Below are positions 19,100 through 28,865 of a stretch of DNA of 64,000 nucleotides, one piece after another. This DNA comes from a virus, in IMG/VR virus record IMGVR_UViG_3300045988_108148; one strand, given 5' to 3'. Within the stretch, counting starts at the first letter, position 1; each line of letters starts with the position of its first letter. The notes below the pieces were generated by a model, which saw only the letters and a list, made by a program, of their open reading frames with translations, made no database searches and was not told the DNA's origin. Position numbers and translations under genes: made by a program.

Positions 19100-20044
19100 A
19101 TGTTAGAAAACGAAAGAATTATTGTACAAGACCGTGGTGGTATTGATGCTGGTATCGCTGCGTTAATGCAGAATGCTAATAAAGGTTTTGACCCCGCTGC
19201 TTTAATGGCCATGATGAACAATGGTAATGGCATGTTCGGTGGTAACGGTGGTTGGTGGTGGATCTTCATCATCGTGCTCTTCTGGATGTGGGGCGGATGG
19301 GGTGGAAATGGCTTCGGTCGTGGAAACCAAGCAGAAACAAATTCGGATTTCGCTCGTTTAGCTGCTATGGGTAATCAAAACAACAATACAGACTTATTGA
19401 TGCAAGCAATCAATGGTAATAAAGATGCAATCAATACATTATCTACTAATCTGAACTGCGACGTTAAGTCAATTGACAACGCTTTGTGTTCTATCCAGAA
19501 TGCAATTGGTAAAGTTGGCGGTGAAGTAGGTTTCTCTGCAGAAAGAGTAATTAATGCAGTTAACGCAGGTGACTGCAATGTTATCAAAGCTATTAGTGAC
19601 TGTTGCTGCACAACTCAACGTTCAATTGATTCAGTTAATTTGAATCTGACTCAGATGAATGCTGATAACAGATTGTCTATCTGTCAGCAAACTAATACTT
19701 TGCAGAACGCTATTACTTCAGGTTTCAATACCTTGTCTAGTGAAAATGCTACAAGATTCAACATTCTTGGTGCTAAGATAGATGCTCAGACTCAAATGAT
19801 AAATGACAAGTTCTGTCAATTAGAGATGAGAGAAATGCAGAATAAGATCGACACATTACGTGACGAAAAGAATGCATTGCAATCTTCTGCATTGCTACAA
19901 CAACAGACTTCTAATATCGTTAGTCAAATTAGACCTTGTCCGGTTCCTGCTTACTTAACATGTAATCCTTATGGATGCAATGGTGGGTTGAATGGATACG
20001 GTTATGGTTATCCTTATGGATACGGCGATAGCTGTTGCGCTTAA
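19100..20044 (+). CDS. Hypothetical membrane protein with Gly/Trp-rich TM region, Cys clusters and Gly-Tyr tail
   Basis: 314 aa. Contains GGNGGWWWIFIIVLFWMWGGWGGNGFGRGN and DCCCTTQRS, then Gln/Asn-rich helical-looking repeats, and ends GYGYGYPYGYGDSCCA. Confidence 0.7.
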   Translation: MLENERIIVQDRGGIDAGIAALMQNANKGFDPAALMAMMNNGNGMFGGNGGWWWIFIIVLFWMWGGWGGNGFGRGNQAETNSDFARLAAMGNQNNNTDLLMQAINGNKDAINTLSTNLNCDVKSIDNALCSIQNAIGKVGGEVGFSAERVINAVNAGDCNVIKAISDCCCTTQRSIDSVNLNLTQMNADNRLSICQQTNTLQNAITSGFNTLSSENATRFNILGAKIDAQTQMINDKFCQLEMREMQNKIDTLRDEKNALQSSALLQQQTSNIVSQIRPCPVPAYLTCNPYGCNGGLNGYGYGYPYGYGDSCCA

Positions 20045-20061
20045 TAAGAAAGGAGGCGATT

Positions 20062-20460
20062 ATGTATCCTTTCGTATTTAATCCATTTGGTAGAAATAAC
20101 ACCGTAAATATTTTAGATCTAGTAATACCTAAAGTAAAAACTATAGCAATAGGTGAATCCACTGAAAATGTAGTATTAGGTATCTGCCCTAAAGTATGGT
20201 GTAGATTACCCAAAGAAGGTGTAATTGTTTTGGAAGTTAGACACACAGCAGAAGCTTCAGGAGCTAGTCTACCTGTATTTATCTCGGTTTCTGGTTCTGT
20301 AAGTACTGCTTCAAATACTCGCAATATACCTTTAGTAAATGCTTCAAGTGAGCCAATTACTGGTTCACAAGTTAGTGCTGGGAACAGATACATCGCATAT
20401 TTTAATAAATGTGACAATGTAATACAGTTGATGAATTATACTCCTGCACCAGCTGCCTAA
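20062..20460 (+). CDS. Hypothetical protein
   Basis: The ATG at 20062 is preceded by AGGAGG (20051..20056). The track start at 20035 is upstream. Same orientation as all neighbours. The antisense 162-aa ORF is rejected. Confidence 0.6.
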   Translation: MYPFVFNPFGRNNTVNILDLVIPKVKTIAIGESTENVVLGICPKVWCRLPKEGVIVLEVRHTAEASGASLPVFISVSGSVSTASNTRNIPLVNASSEPITGSQVSAGNRYIAYFNKCDNVIQLMNYTPAPAA

Positions 20461-20522
20461 ATATTAATCAAGATATATGGGCAGCTATGAGAGTTGCCCA
20501 TATTCTTTAAATTTATAAAGAT

Positions 20523-21116
20523 ATGACATTCTCTCAGTTAACGTCGGGTACTAGAATACACGTACTCGAAATAACAGGTACTTTTAAAAAGAACACAACG
20601 TACAGTTTAGGAACGGTAGTCAGTGTATCAAAACCCTATGACGAACCAGTGCCACCGACACAATTTCCGATGCCTATGCAAAATAGACGTAAGCTCGTGG
20701 ATCTAGTGATTTCGTGTGATGGTGAACAAAGAAAACTGTCAGTATCTGAAGATAAAACAATGATGACCGATTCATCCATCGGTCTTACTATAGCCACAGA
20801 AAAATCACAAATTGTTAACATGGTTAGACAATCTCTTGATGATTGTAGAATTAAGAAAGAAAGCTTAAGTAAGATTGATGAGGAGATGAGGAGATGTGAA
20901 GACATCTTAAAAATACTTAATGTAAATTCGGACATAACAACCAATGTGACAAAAGATTTCAAAGAACTTGATGACTTAAAAGCTGAAGTGAAAGAGCTTA
21001 AACAACTTTTACAAAACGTATCTGCTGTTCGTCCGGAAGTAATAAAAAATACTCCACCTAATTCTACTGAAGACAAAAAAGTAGAACCAGAAGGAGAAAT
21101 AAAAAAAGAAATCTAA
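20523..21116 (+). CDS. Hypothetical protein (charged, coiled-coil-looking C-terminal half)
   Basis: 197-aa ORF followed directly by the terminator at 21122..21155. Confidence 0.65.
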   Translation: MTFSQLTSGTRIHVLEITGTFKKNTTYSLGTVVSVSKPYDEPVPPTQFPMPMQNRRKLVDLVISCDGEQRKLSVSEDKTMMTDSSIGLTIATEKSQIVNMVRQSLDDCRIKKESLSKIDEEMRRCEDILKILNVNSDITTNVTKDFKELDDLKAEVKELKQLLQNVSAVRPEVIKNTPPNSTEDKKVEPEGEIKKEI

Positions 21117-21121
21117 AACAC

Positions 21122-21155
21122 AAAGGTTGGCTATTTAGTCAACCTTTTTTATTTT
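21122..21155 (+). terminator. Rho-independent terminator
   Basis: AAAGGTTG (21122..21129) pairs with CAACCTTT (21140..21147) and is followed by TTTATTTT. Confidence 0.65.
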
Positions 21156-21162
21156 AAATAAT

Positions 21163-21576
21163 ATGAGCACATTATACAATAACAAATATGATATCCTAGC
21201 TAGTACAATCCAACCTAATCCTGCTTCTGTTAAATATTGGGCAGATTTATCATCTAACCCAAATGGTGGTGATTTGAAATATTTTAATGGTAATACATGG
21301 GTGCTGGTTAATAACAAAGCCACTGAAGACATCAGTACGTTAAAACAAGATGTTGAAGATTTAAAAACTAATAAAGTTGACAAAGTAGAAGATAAACAGT
21401 TATCGACTGAAGACTATACTACTGCAGAAAAAAACAAGTTAAAAGGATTGTCTAATTACAATGATGCCGAAGTAAGAGAATTAATCTCAGCTTTAGCTCT
21501 TAGAGTGGGAACATTAGAAACTGACTATGAAGCATTAGAAGCTAGAGTTGCTGCATTAGAAACGCCAGCTGCATAA
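21163..21576 (+). CDS. Short fibre-like protein
   Basis: 137 aa. The N-terminus (PNPASVKYWADLSSNPNGGDLKYFNGNTWVLV) resembles the N-terminus of the 8004 fibre (PNPDQVGYWVDLGADSKGRIIKVYNRDIEKWIVL). Has the QLSTEDYTTAEKNKLKGLSNY fibre motif and a C-terminal heptad-like LETDYEALEARVAALE. Confidence 0.65.
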   Translation: MSTLYNNKYDILASTIQPNPASVKYWADLSSNPNGGDLKYFNGNTWVLVNNKATEDISTLKQDVEDLKTNKVDKVEDKQLSTEDYTTAEKNKLKGLSNYNDAEVRELISALALRVGTLETDYEALEARVAALETPAA

Positions 21577-21577
21577 A

Positions 21578-22009
21578 ATGGAATTAAAATTAAATAGAAT
21601 CTTTCTAGGTAGTTCTGCAACCATTGGAGAATTGTATGTTGATGGGGAACACATAGCAGACACTCTTGAAGATAGAGTGAGACCAGAAGGAGAAAAAGTT
21701 TATGGTAAAACTGCAATATCCGAAGGTACTTATGAAGTTAAATTAACTTATTCACCAAGATTCAAGAAAATATTACCAGAAATACTTAACGTACCTAATT
21801 TTAGTGGGATTAGAATTCATAGTTTAAATAAAGCTGAAGAGAGTGAAGGATGTATTGGGGTTGGTGAATGGAATGGCAAAGACACGAATTGGATTTCTAA
21901 TTCTAGGAAAACATTTAATAAATTGTTTGCATTACTAGAAGAAGCAAACAACAATAAAGAAAAAATCACAATAACTATAAATAACTCATGGAAAGCTGTA
22001 AAGAACTAA
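21578..22009 (+). CDS. DUF5675-like protein (possible cell-wall-active enzyme)
   Basis: 143 aa. TIGELYVDGEHIADTLEDRVR...GKTAISEGTYEVKL...VPNFSGIRIHSLNKAEESEGCIGVG fits my memory of the DUF5675 pattern (T.G.L...C.TLE ... IP.G.Y ... VP.F.GI.IH.GN....S.GCI..G). Confidence 0.4.
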   Translation: MELKLNRIFLGSSATIGELYVDGEHIADTLEDRVRPEGEKVYGKTAISEGTYEVKLTYSPRFKKILPEILNVPNFSGIRIHSLNKAEESEGCIGVGEWNGKDTNWISNSRKTFNKLFALLEEANNNKEKITITINNSWKAVKN

Positions 22010-22728
22010 GAGAAAATAACCCATATCTTTTTAATTCTTGGAGAGCTATTCTCTATACAGAGAAAGGAAGGAAAGCAGGAGTTGTTAATGACTGGAGAAA
22101 ATTTCCTGTCTTCTATGAAGATGTGCATAAAAGTTATAAAAAAGGTCTCAGATTGAGTAGGAAAGATAAAAATAAACCGTTTGGACCGGATAACTTTGAA
22201 TGGGTAACTAACTTAGAACTTGCACAAACAAATACACACACAATAAGACTTACTTACAATGGAGAAACTAAAACTTTGCGTGAGTGGTCAGAAGAATACG
22301 GAATGTCTTATAATGGTTTGTTAATAAGATATTTAAAGAATAAGAATTACACAATTGAAGAAATCTTGTTTGGAAAGAAATACAAATCTAAAGGAAAGCC
22401 TAGAGAATACAATTTGTATACAAGAGCTTCTAAATTACTATCTGCATACAAACTAAAAGATTGGAAAGCTGATAGAGAATTTAATTTAGATAGAGACTGG
22501 TTTGTAAAAAATATTCTTAAATCTCAATGTATATACTGCGGAAGCAAAGAAAAACTAGGTTGCGATAGAATAGATAATTCCAAAGGTCACACTTACGACA
22601 ATGTAGTGCCATGTTGCTACGTTTGTAATTGTGCTAGAAATAACAATTTTTCATTTGATGAAATGAAGATTCTAGGTAAGACAATTAAAAAAATAATGGA
22701 GGACAGACTAAGTGGAAATGGTAATTAA
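21988..22728 (+). CDS. HNH endonuclease (free-standing, homing-type)
   Basis: 246 aa. CIYCGSKEKLGCDRIDNSKGHTYDNVVPCCYVCNCARNN is an HNH/His-Me finger motif flanked by two Cys pairs. An upstream helix-turn-helix-like segment reads KTLREWSEEYGMSYNGLLIRYL. Confidence 0.8.
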   Translation: MESCKELRENNPYLFNSWRAILYTEKGRKAGVVNDWRKFPVFYEDVHKSYKKGLRLSRKDKNKPFGPDNFEWVTNLELAQTNTHTIRLTYNGETKTLREWSEEYGMSYNGLLIRYLKNKNYTIEEILFGKKYKSKGKPREYNLYTRASKLLSAYKLKDWKADREFNLDRDWFVKNILKSQCIYCGSKEKLGCDRIDNSKGHTYDNVVPCCYVCNCARNNNFSFDEMKILGKTIKKIMEDRLSGNGN

Positions 22729-22796
22729 TACTAAAAGACATTCGGAGCTTATGAACATATTAGATAGTTCGGAATGGGTTAATAAAGAAGATTATT

Positions 22797-23441
22797 ATGA
22801 CATTTAATTCACTAAACGCAATTATAGACGACATTTATAACATCTTAAGAGATAATAATGTGTCAGAAAGTGAAAATCTAAGTCGTATACAGGTAGAACA
22901 ATGGATTCATCAATACAGAGCTTATCTAATCAAACAAGATTTGGATAAAGGTAGAGATATAAATGAGTCGTATGTTCAAACAATAGGACCATTGCATATT
23001 TCTAAAGTACGCAATTGCCCTACGGATGGATACAATTATAAATCTGACGAGGAATTACCAAAGTTTATAGATTTACATTTTGGATCTGGGTTAATTTGTG
23101 TAAAAGATTTAGATGGTAATTTGATTCAAGTTGGAACTGAAACCAAAGCAAAGTATCAAATTAATAGAAAATATACATGCAATGATTATATTGCATATCT
23201 TAAAGGAAATCATTTGTACATAGTGGGACCAGAACATCTAGAGTATGTAAAAATAGATGGGATTCTAGAAGATCCAACGTCAATTGGTGAATGTTTTGAT
23301 AGGGATGATACACCATATCCTGTTCCTGCAAATATGATACCTACGATTAAAGATATGATCTTTAGTAAAGAATTAAATTTGATGTTACAAATGCCAAATG
23401 ATACTACTAACAATAGTACAAATGATGTAAAAGTTCAATAA
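22797..23441 (+). CDS. Hypothetical virion-module protein
   Basis: 214-aa ORF. Its stop overlaps the next ATG (taATGg). Confidence 0.7.
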   Translation: MTFNSLNAIIDDIYNILRDNNVSESENLSRIQVEQWIHQYRAYLIKQDLDKGRDINESYVQTIGPLHISKVRNCPTDGYNYKSDEELPKFIDLHFGSGLICVKDLDGNLIQVGTETKAKYQINRKYTCNDYIAYLKGNHLYIVGPEHLEYVKIDGILEDPTSIGECFDRDDTPYPVPANMIPTIKDMIFSKELNLMLQMPNDTTNNSTNDVKVQ

Positions 23442-23884
23442 TGGAGACGAAAGCTTATACAGGACACAATTTTTATGATTCATACTCTGAGTATGTGGAA
23501 GATAATCCACTATATCAAGTTGAATATAGAGTATTTAGAGACATAATAAACGATTACTTTAAATATCTTAGAGATGAGTTAATAGAAAACGGAAAAGAGG
23601 TTAAGTTACCTTGTAGAATGGGAACCATTCAAATAGTAAAACACAAACCTAAAGAGTATACTGGGAAGAGTCTTCGAATTGATTATGCTGAGAGTAAGAA
23701 AGCTGGTAAAATTATTTATCATTTAAATGAACATTCCAATTTCTATAAATATAGAGTATATTGGAATAAACAAAATATGATAACCCCAAATAAAACTAAA
23801 TATCAATTAGTAATGACGAGGGATAATAAAAGGCATCTTGCTCAGATTATCAAAAATCATATTAGAGATTATAGAGAATTATGA
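23441..23884 (+). CDS. Hypothetical protein
   Basis: 147-aa basic ORF, translationally coupled on both sides. Confidence 0.7.
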   Translation: METKAYTGHNFYDSYSEYVEDNPLYQVEYRVFRDIINDYFKYLRDELIENGKEVKLPCRMGTIQIVKHKPKEYTGKSLRIDYAESKKAGKIIYHLNEHSNFYKYRVYWNKQNMITPNKTKYQLVMTRDNKRHLAQIIKNHIRDYREL

Positions 23885-24864
23885 TTACAAAATTAACTTC
23901 AATTAAAACGGTAATTGCTAAGATAATTGCTGATCTAGATTTGAAAGAAGATGACATGAGAATAAGTGACATCAGATCTTGGTGTGGAGAAGCAATTGAA
24001 AAGATTGGTGCTGTTACACAATTTATTCCAAAAGTATCTGGTCAAGATGGTACTCCAATTACTAAATTGTGTGGGTATCAAGCATCATTACCATGTGATC
24101 TTCATCAATTGCATCAAGTTGCATACTCTTTTAATTGTGATGGACCTTGGTTTCCTATGAGGAAAGCTACAGGTTCATTTGCTGTTTGGGGACATGGCAA
24201 ATGCTGTTGCAACTGTGACTGTTATGATGAACTTGGACACAAAAAGGAATGTAGGCACAACAATTGTTGTGAACATTGCGATCCAAATATGATTGTACAA
24301 GAAGATACAATGGTAAATTTAGTAGTAGATATGATTGGTAATATTGATAAAACAGAGGCTTTAGAATTGTTAAACACTAATCAAAATTTACGTACAATCA
24401 TTTCAAATCTTATAAATGAACGAACATACAATGATGGATTTAATACTGCAAATCCTAGTGGAGGGCTACAATATAGTATTAAACCTGGATTTATAATGTG
24501 TAATGTTCCATCAGGTTACTTAAAACTATCCTATAGTGCAATACCTACTGATGAAGATGGATATACTTTAATACCAGATTTAACTTCCTATACTGAAGCT
24601 ATATACTGGTATGTTACAATGAAACTGAAATACCCTGAGTATTTGAATGGTAAATTAAATAGAGAAGTATACTATGATATTAAAAGATCTTGGAATTTTT
24701 ATAGAAACCAAGCATATGCTGAAGCATTAATGCCAAATGAAGATGGCATGGAGTCTATTAAAAATAACTGGAATAAAATTGTTCCAGAATTTAGAGATCA
24801 TAATACTTTTTATTCACATACTGGGGAAAGACAAATAATTTATAACGCAAATGAACGCTACTAG
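23881..24864 (+). CDS. Hypothetical virion-module protein with Cys-rich insert
   Basis: 327 aa. Contains GHGKCCCNCDCYDELGHKKECRHNNCCEHCDPNM. Confidence 0.7.
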   Translation: MITKLTSIKTVIAKIIADLDLKEDDMRISDIRSWCGEAIEKIGAVTQFIPKVSGQDGTPITKLCGYQASLPCDLHQLHQVAYSFNCDGPWFPMRKATGSFAVWGHGKCCCNCDCYDELGHKKECRHNNCCEHCDPNMIVQEDTMVNLVVDMIGNIDKTEALELLNTNQNLRTIISNLINERTYNDGFNTANPSGGLQYSIKPGFIMCNVPSGYLKLSYSAIPTDEDGYTLIPDLTSYTEAIYWYVTMKLKYPEYLNGKLNREVYYDIKRSWNFYRNQAYAEALMPNEDGMESIKNNWNKIVPEFRDHNTFYSHTGERQIIYNANERY

Positions 24865-27800
24865 ACAAACAAACACATTTGCTGGTGGACTTAACATGGA
24901 TGTAGACTATTCTGTGTTAAAAGACAACCAGTACATATATGCAGAGAACATTCGGATATTGACGAATGAAGGATCTTCTTTTGCAGCAATGCAGAATATA
25001 GAAGGGTTCTTAGCGTGTAGACCTTCTTCAAATTTGTCTGGTGAAACTATTATACACGTTACCACAGTAAGAGATTGGGCGATTGTTTTTACTAAGGTTA
25101 ATGGTACAAATAACAACAATGTCTATAGAATTGATTTTTCTAGATCCCAAGAGGAACCAATTGTAACAAAAGTAGTAACTAATAGACCTTTAGATATAGA
25201 AGTATCATCTAGTAATGTAGCTGCAATTAGCAGTGTATGTAGATGGGAGTCTGTAGATAATGTCAAAGTATATTGGGCAGATGGGCATGCTCAAATCAAA
25301 GTAATTAACGTAGATGATAGCCATATAAAAAGTAATGAGAATATTACTTCAGATAATATAGTAATGTTACCAAAAGCTACATTAGCACCATTTGAATTTA
25401 ATGGATTTGGGACAGGTAGTTTAGAATCTGGAATGATACAATATTGCTATCAATTGTTTAAAGTGAGAGGTACAGAATCTGCAATATCCCCACTTACTCC
25501 TCTTTATCATTTAAGTGACGGAGATCAGAAAACAAATTATAATGCTGTAAAAGGAAGTTCTAAAGGACAGAATACTGGTAAGTCTATAAAGTTGCAAGTA
25601 AGAAATAATAGCACTGGATTTGATAGACTTAGAATAATCTCTTTATTCTACAAGGCAAAGAATGAAGTACCTGTAATATCTATAGTAGATGATATAGTTA
25701 TTGGCACTGGTTCTGTAATAAACTATGAAGATAAAGGTGGTAGTTTAGTATCAGAATTAAGTATTGATGAATTTAATTCATTAGCTAATTATACGTTTAT
25801 ACCTGAAGTAATAGAATCTAAAGATAACAGATTATTTGCTGCTAATCTTACTGAGGAAACATGGGATGTAGAATATGATGCTAGAGCATTTAGAGCTAAT
25901 TCTTCTGGTAATGTATTATTGTTATCTAACTCTGGTTCTTCGTTAAACTTTGCTCTATCAGCATTAACTACTACAAACATACCTAAAGACCACGATTGTA
26001 TATGCCCATTTAATGTAGATGGTAGTGCATACAAGTATACTACTTCTCCAACAGGAGGATACATACAGGGTGGTAAAGGCAAGAATGTATCATATAGGTT
26101 TATTACTACAGATTTACTAGAAGATGCATCTACTACATCTAGAGGAATGATAAACGAAGAATTTACATTCAATGCTTCTTCAAGATCACTTACTAGTTTA
26201 GGTATTAACTATGAAGGTAATGATAAATCAAATACAATAAGTTTATCATCTGGTAACAAAATACCAAACTATTCTAATGCCGAAATAGAGTCCAAAGTAA
26301 AAGGATATATGAGGGATGAGATTTATAGATTTGGTATAGTATTGTATAATAAGCAAGGTTTGGCATCACCGGTACATTGGATAGGTGATATAAGAATGCC
26401 ATCTAATAAAGATTCTGGTTATAAGTTTTTTACTTCCAATGAGGCTAGTGATTATGGATCTAATTTATCAGTTGTTACTAAACCTCTTGGTATTGAATTT
26501 GAAGTAAAGAATTTACCATCAGACGTAGTAAGATATGAGATAGTTAGATGCGAAAGAACTCTATCTGATAGAACTATATTAGCTCAAGGAGTAGTAAGTT
26601 GCATTACAAATTATGATAGAGATTCTAATATCTTAACACCATTCCCATATCTAGCTTATTCAAATAAGCATGGTTACTATGCAAAGACTCACAACAATGG
26701 AGATTTCCAATATACCTTTAACTTGTCAGATACACAATCTAACAATTATTTCATGTTTGTATCTCCAGAGATAGCAATTAACAGAGAAAATGCAGATGCA
26801 TTAATTGATAAGTTTCAAACAGTTGAAAAGGTAGGGATTATGACATCTCCTATTACTGCAGATGGTGATTGGGGAATAACGAATGGATCTCTAAAAGTAT
26901 TAGCAAATGCCAAATCTATAAAGTATGATGGTACTACAATAAAACCAACCAAAACATTAGGAGGTCAGTCTAGTAATGGTTATGTTGCTAATGGAGCAAT
27001 AGTAATAAATAATGATGATTTCTATTCAGCGTTACTTGCTAAATACTATGGTTTATATGTTGAAAATGGTGTTCAATCTGCTGCAGTAGAGAGTGCAAAA
27101 TATGCAGGGCCAAGCAGTCCTTGGTTAACAAATGGTGATCAACCTTGGTATAATGCCGAAGCAATTACTATTGGTGATAAAGTATATTATAACTGGGTAT
27201 GGGATAATATTAGAACCGCAGGAGATGGTGAAGTAGATAAGACTGATGCAAACAATGTTAGAAAATATGGTCCTCATGGAATATGTTCCATATTTAAGAG
27301 CAACAACATGATTGCTAACATACCATTAGCTGTAAGTACTTCTAGTTACAGATATGTTAATTCAGTTGCTTTGTGTAACATGAAGCAAAGTGTAAATGCA
27401 TATGGTGGTAATTCTTACTCTGCTGTACAGAATTCTGTGTATATTACTACAGGGGCTAGTGCCGAATCTAGTATTTCCACAGTACTATGTTATGGTGGAG
27501 ATACTTATCTAAACATATTTGATTATAATAACTGTATGTTTAGTTATAATACAGATGATTATTATAACAATAAAGCCAATAGATTATTCTTAGGTGCTCT
27601 TATACCATGTGAATCAAGTGTAAACCTAGCATTAACTCATGCTGATTCATCTATAAATAGAACTTATCAAGCCGGTAATGGATATGCTAATCATTTTGTA
27701 GAAGATGATATAATTACTGTTGGTGATTTATATACTCAGAATACTCCATCATATGCATACAATGATGCCTATTCTGCTCAACCTAATGCAAAGAAGTTTG

Positions 27801-28864
27801 TATCTGAATCTATTTATAACATAGATAATCTATTAACAGATACTCGTATCATATCTTCAGAACTAAAGACAAATAATGAAGTTACTGATTCATGGACGAA
27901 ATTTAAAGTAGCTAACTATATTGATGTGGATACTAAATTTGGTCCAATTAATGATATGAAGCTGTTTAAAAACAATCTAGTATTCTGGCAAACCGACGCT
28001 TTTGGCACAGTTGCAGTGAACGAACGTTCTATTATAACTGATAATAATCCCGGTACTCTTACTCTAGGTACTGGTGGTATACTAGATAGATATGACTACT
28101 TTACTACAATGAATGGTGAAAGTCCAAACCAGTTGAGAGCAAATACTCAATCAGATAGTACTGTATACTGGTACGATAGTAAACGTAATGAGATATGTGG
28201 GTTTAATGGTCAATTACAAACAGTATCTAAATTAAAAGGAGTTCAATCTTATTTGAATGAGAATAAAGACTTGTTTAAAAAAGATCCTATTGCAGTTTAT
28301 GATAAGAAATATAATGAAGTTCTGTTTACTCTAGGAGATAAAACATTAGCGTTTAATGAACAATTAGGAGTATTTACTTCATTCTATAACTATAATCCAG
28401 ACTATTACGCAGAATTTAGTGATAAACTATATTTATTTAAATCATTGAAACTGTTTAAATATAATGGTGGTGAACAAGCTGATTTAGATTCTGACAAAGC
28501 AAAGGTATCTGAAATAGAATTTGTAGTTAACAAAGATTATCCACAAACCAAAACATTTGATAATGTTGAATATAGTGGTGATTTTACTACGGATACTAAC
28601 TTTGATTTGATATTATTTACTACAAAAAGACAAACTAGTGAAACATTGACTAGTGAAGATATTGATTACAGAGAGGATACTTATAAATTTGCAATCCCTC
28701 GTAATTCTTTGAAGCTTAATGAAGTAGAACAACTGGCTAACAAATCATACAAAGATAGGATGAAAGGAAAATATCTTATCTGTAATTATAAGTATGATTG
28801 TAATGGTGGTAATGAATTTAAAGTACCATATATTAGCACAGCTTATAGATACTCAATGATATAA
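24851..28864 (+). CDS. Large virion/tail structural protein
   Basis: 1337-aa uninterrupted ORF in the structural block, directly upstream of the giant-protein genes. Beta-rich composition. No enzymatic motif recognised. Confidence 0.75.
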   Translation: MNATRQTNTFAGGLNMDVDYSVLKDNQYIYAENIRILTNEGSSFAAMQNIEGFLACRPSSNLSGETIIHVTTVRDWAIVFTKVNGTNNNNVYRIDFSRSQEEPIVTKVVTNRPLDIEVSSSNVAAISSVCRWESVDNVKVYWADGHAQIKVINVDDSHIKSNENITSDNIVMLPKATLAPFEFNGFGTGSLESGMIQYCYQLFKVRGTESAISPLTPLYHLSDGDQKTNYNAVKGSSKGQNTGKSIKLQVRNNSTGFDRLRIISLFYKAKNEVPVISIVDDIVIGTGSVINYEDKGGSLVSELSIDEFNSLANYTFIPEVIESKDNRLFAANLTEETWDVEYDARAFRANSSGNVLLLSNSGSSLNFALSALTTTNIPKDHDCICPFNVDGSAYKYTTSPTGGYIQGGKGKNVSYRFITTDLLEDASTTSRGMINEEFTFNASSRSLTSLGINYEGNDKSNTISLSSGNKIPNYSNAEIESKVKGYMRDEIYRFGIVLYNKQGLASPVHWIGDIRMPSNKDSGYKFFTSNEASDYGSNLSVVTKPLGIEFEVKNLPSDVVRYEIVRCERTLSDRTILAQGVVSCITNYDRDSNILTPFPYLAYSNKHGYYAKTHNNGDFQYTFNLSDTQSNNYFMFVSPEIAINRENADALIDKFQTVEKVGIMTSPITADGDWGITNGSLKVLANAKSIKYDGTTIKPTKTLGGQSSNGYVANGAIVINNDDFYSALLAKYYGLYVENGVQSAAVESAKYAGPSSPWLTNGDQPWYNAEAITIGDKVYYNWVWDNIRTAGDGEVDKTDANNVRKYGPHGICSIFKSNNMIANIPLAVSTSSYRYVNSVALCNMKQSVNAYGGNSYSAVQNSVYITTGASAESSISTVLCYGGDTYLNIFDYNNCMFSYNTDDYYNNKANRLFLGALIPCESSVNLALTHADSSINRTYQAGNGYANHFVEDDIITVGDLYTQNTPSYAYNDAYSAQPNAKKFVSESIYNIDNLLTDTRIISSELKTNNEVTDSWTKFKVANYIDVDTKFGPINDMKLFKNNLVFWQTDAFGTVAVNERSIITDNNPGTLTLGTGGILDRYDYFTTMNGESPNQLRANTQSDSTVYWYDSKRNEICGFNGQLQTVSKLKGVQSYLNENKDLFKKDPIAVYDKKYNEVLFTLGDKTLAFNEQLGVFTSFYNYNPDYYAEFSDKLYLFKSLKLFKYNGGEQADLDSDKAKVSEIEFVVNKDYPQTKTFDNVEYSGDFTTDTNFDLILFTTKRQTSETLTSEDIDYREDTYKFAIPRNSLKLNEVEQLANKSYKDRMKGKYLICNYKYDCNGGNEFKVPYISTAYRYSMI

Positions 28865-28865
28865 T

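Noticed and set aside
19929-20417. 162-aa minus-strand ORF opposite ORF 20062..20460
   Set aside because: All surrounding genes are on the + strand. The + ORF has an ATG with an AGGAGG site upstream. The minus ORF also overlaps the end of the 19100 gene.
20636-21076. 146-aa minus-strand ORF inside ORF 20523..21116
   Set aside because: It is an antisense Ser-rich low-complexity translation of a + strand gene that is followed by a + strand terminator.
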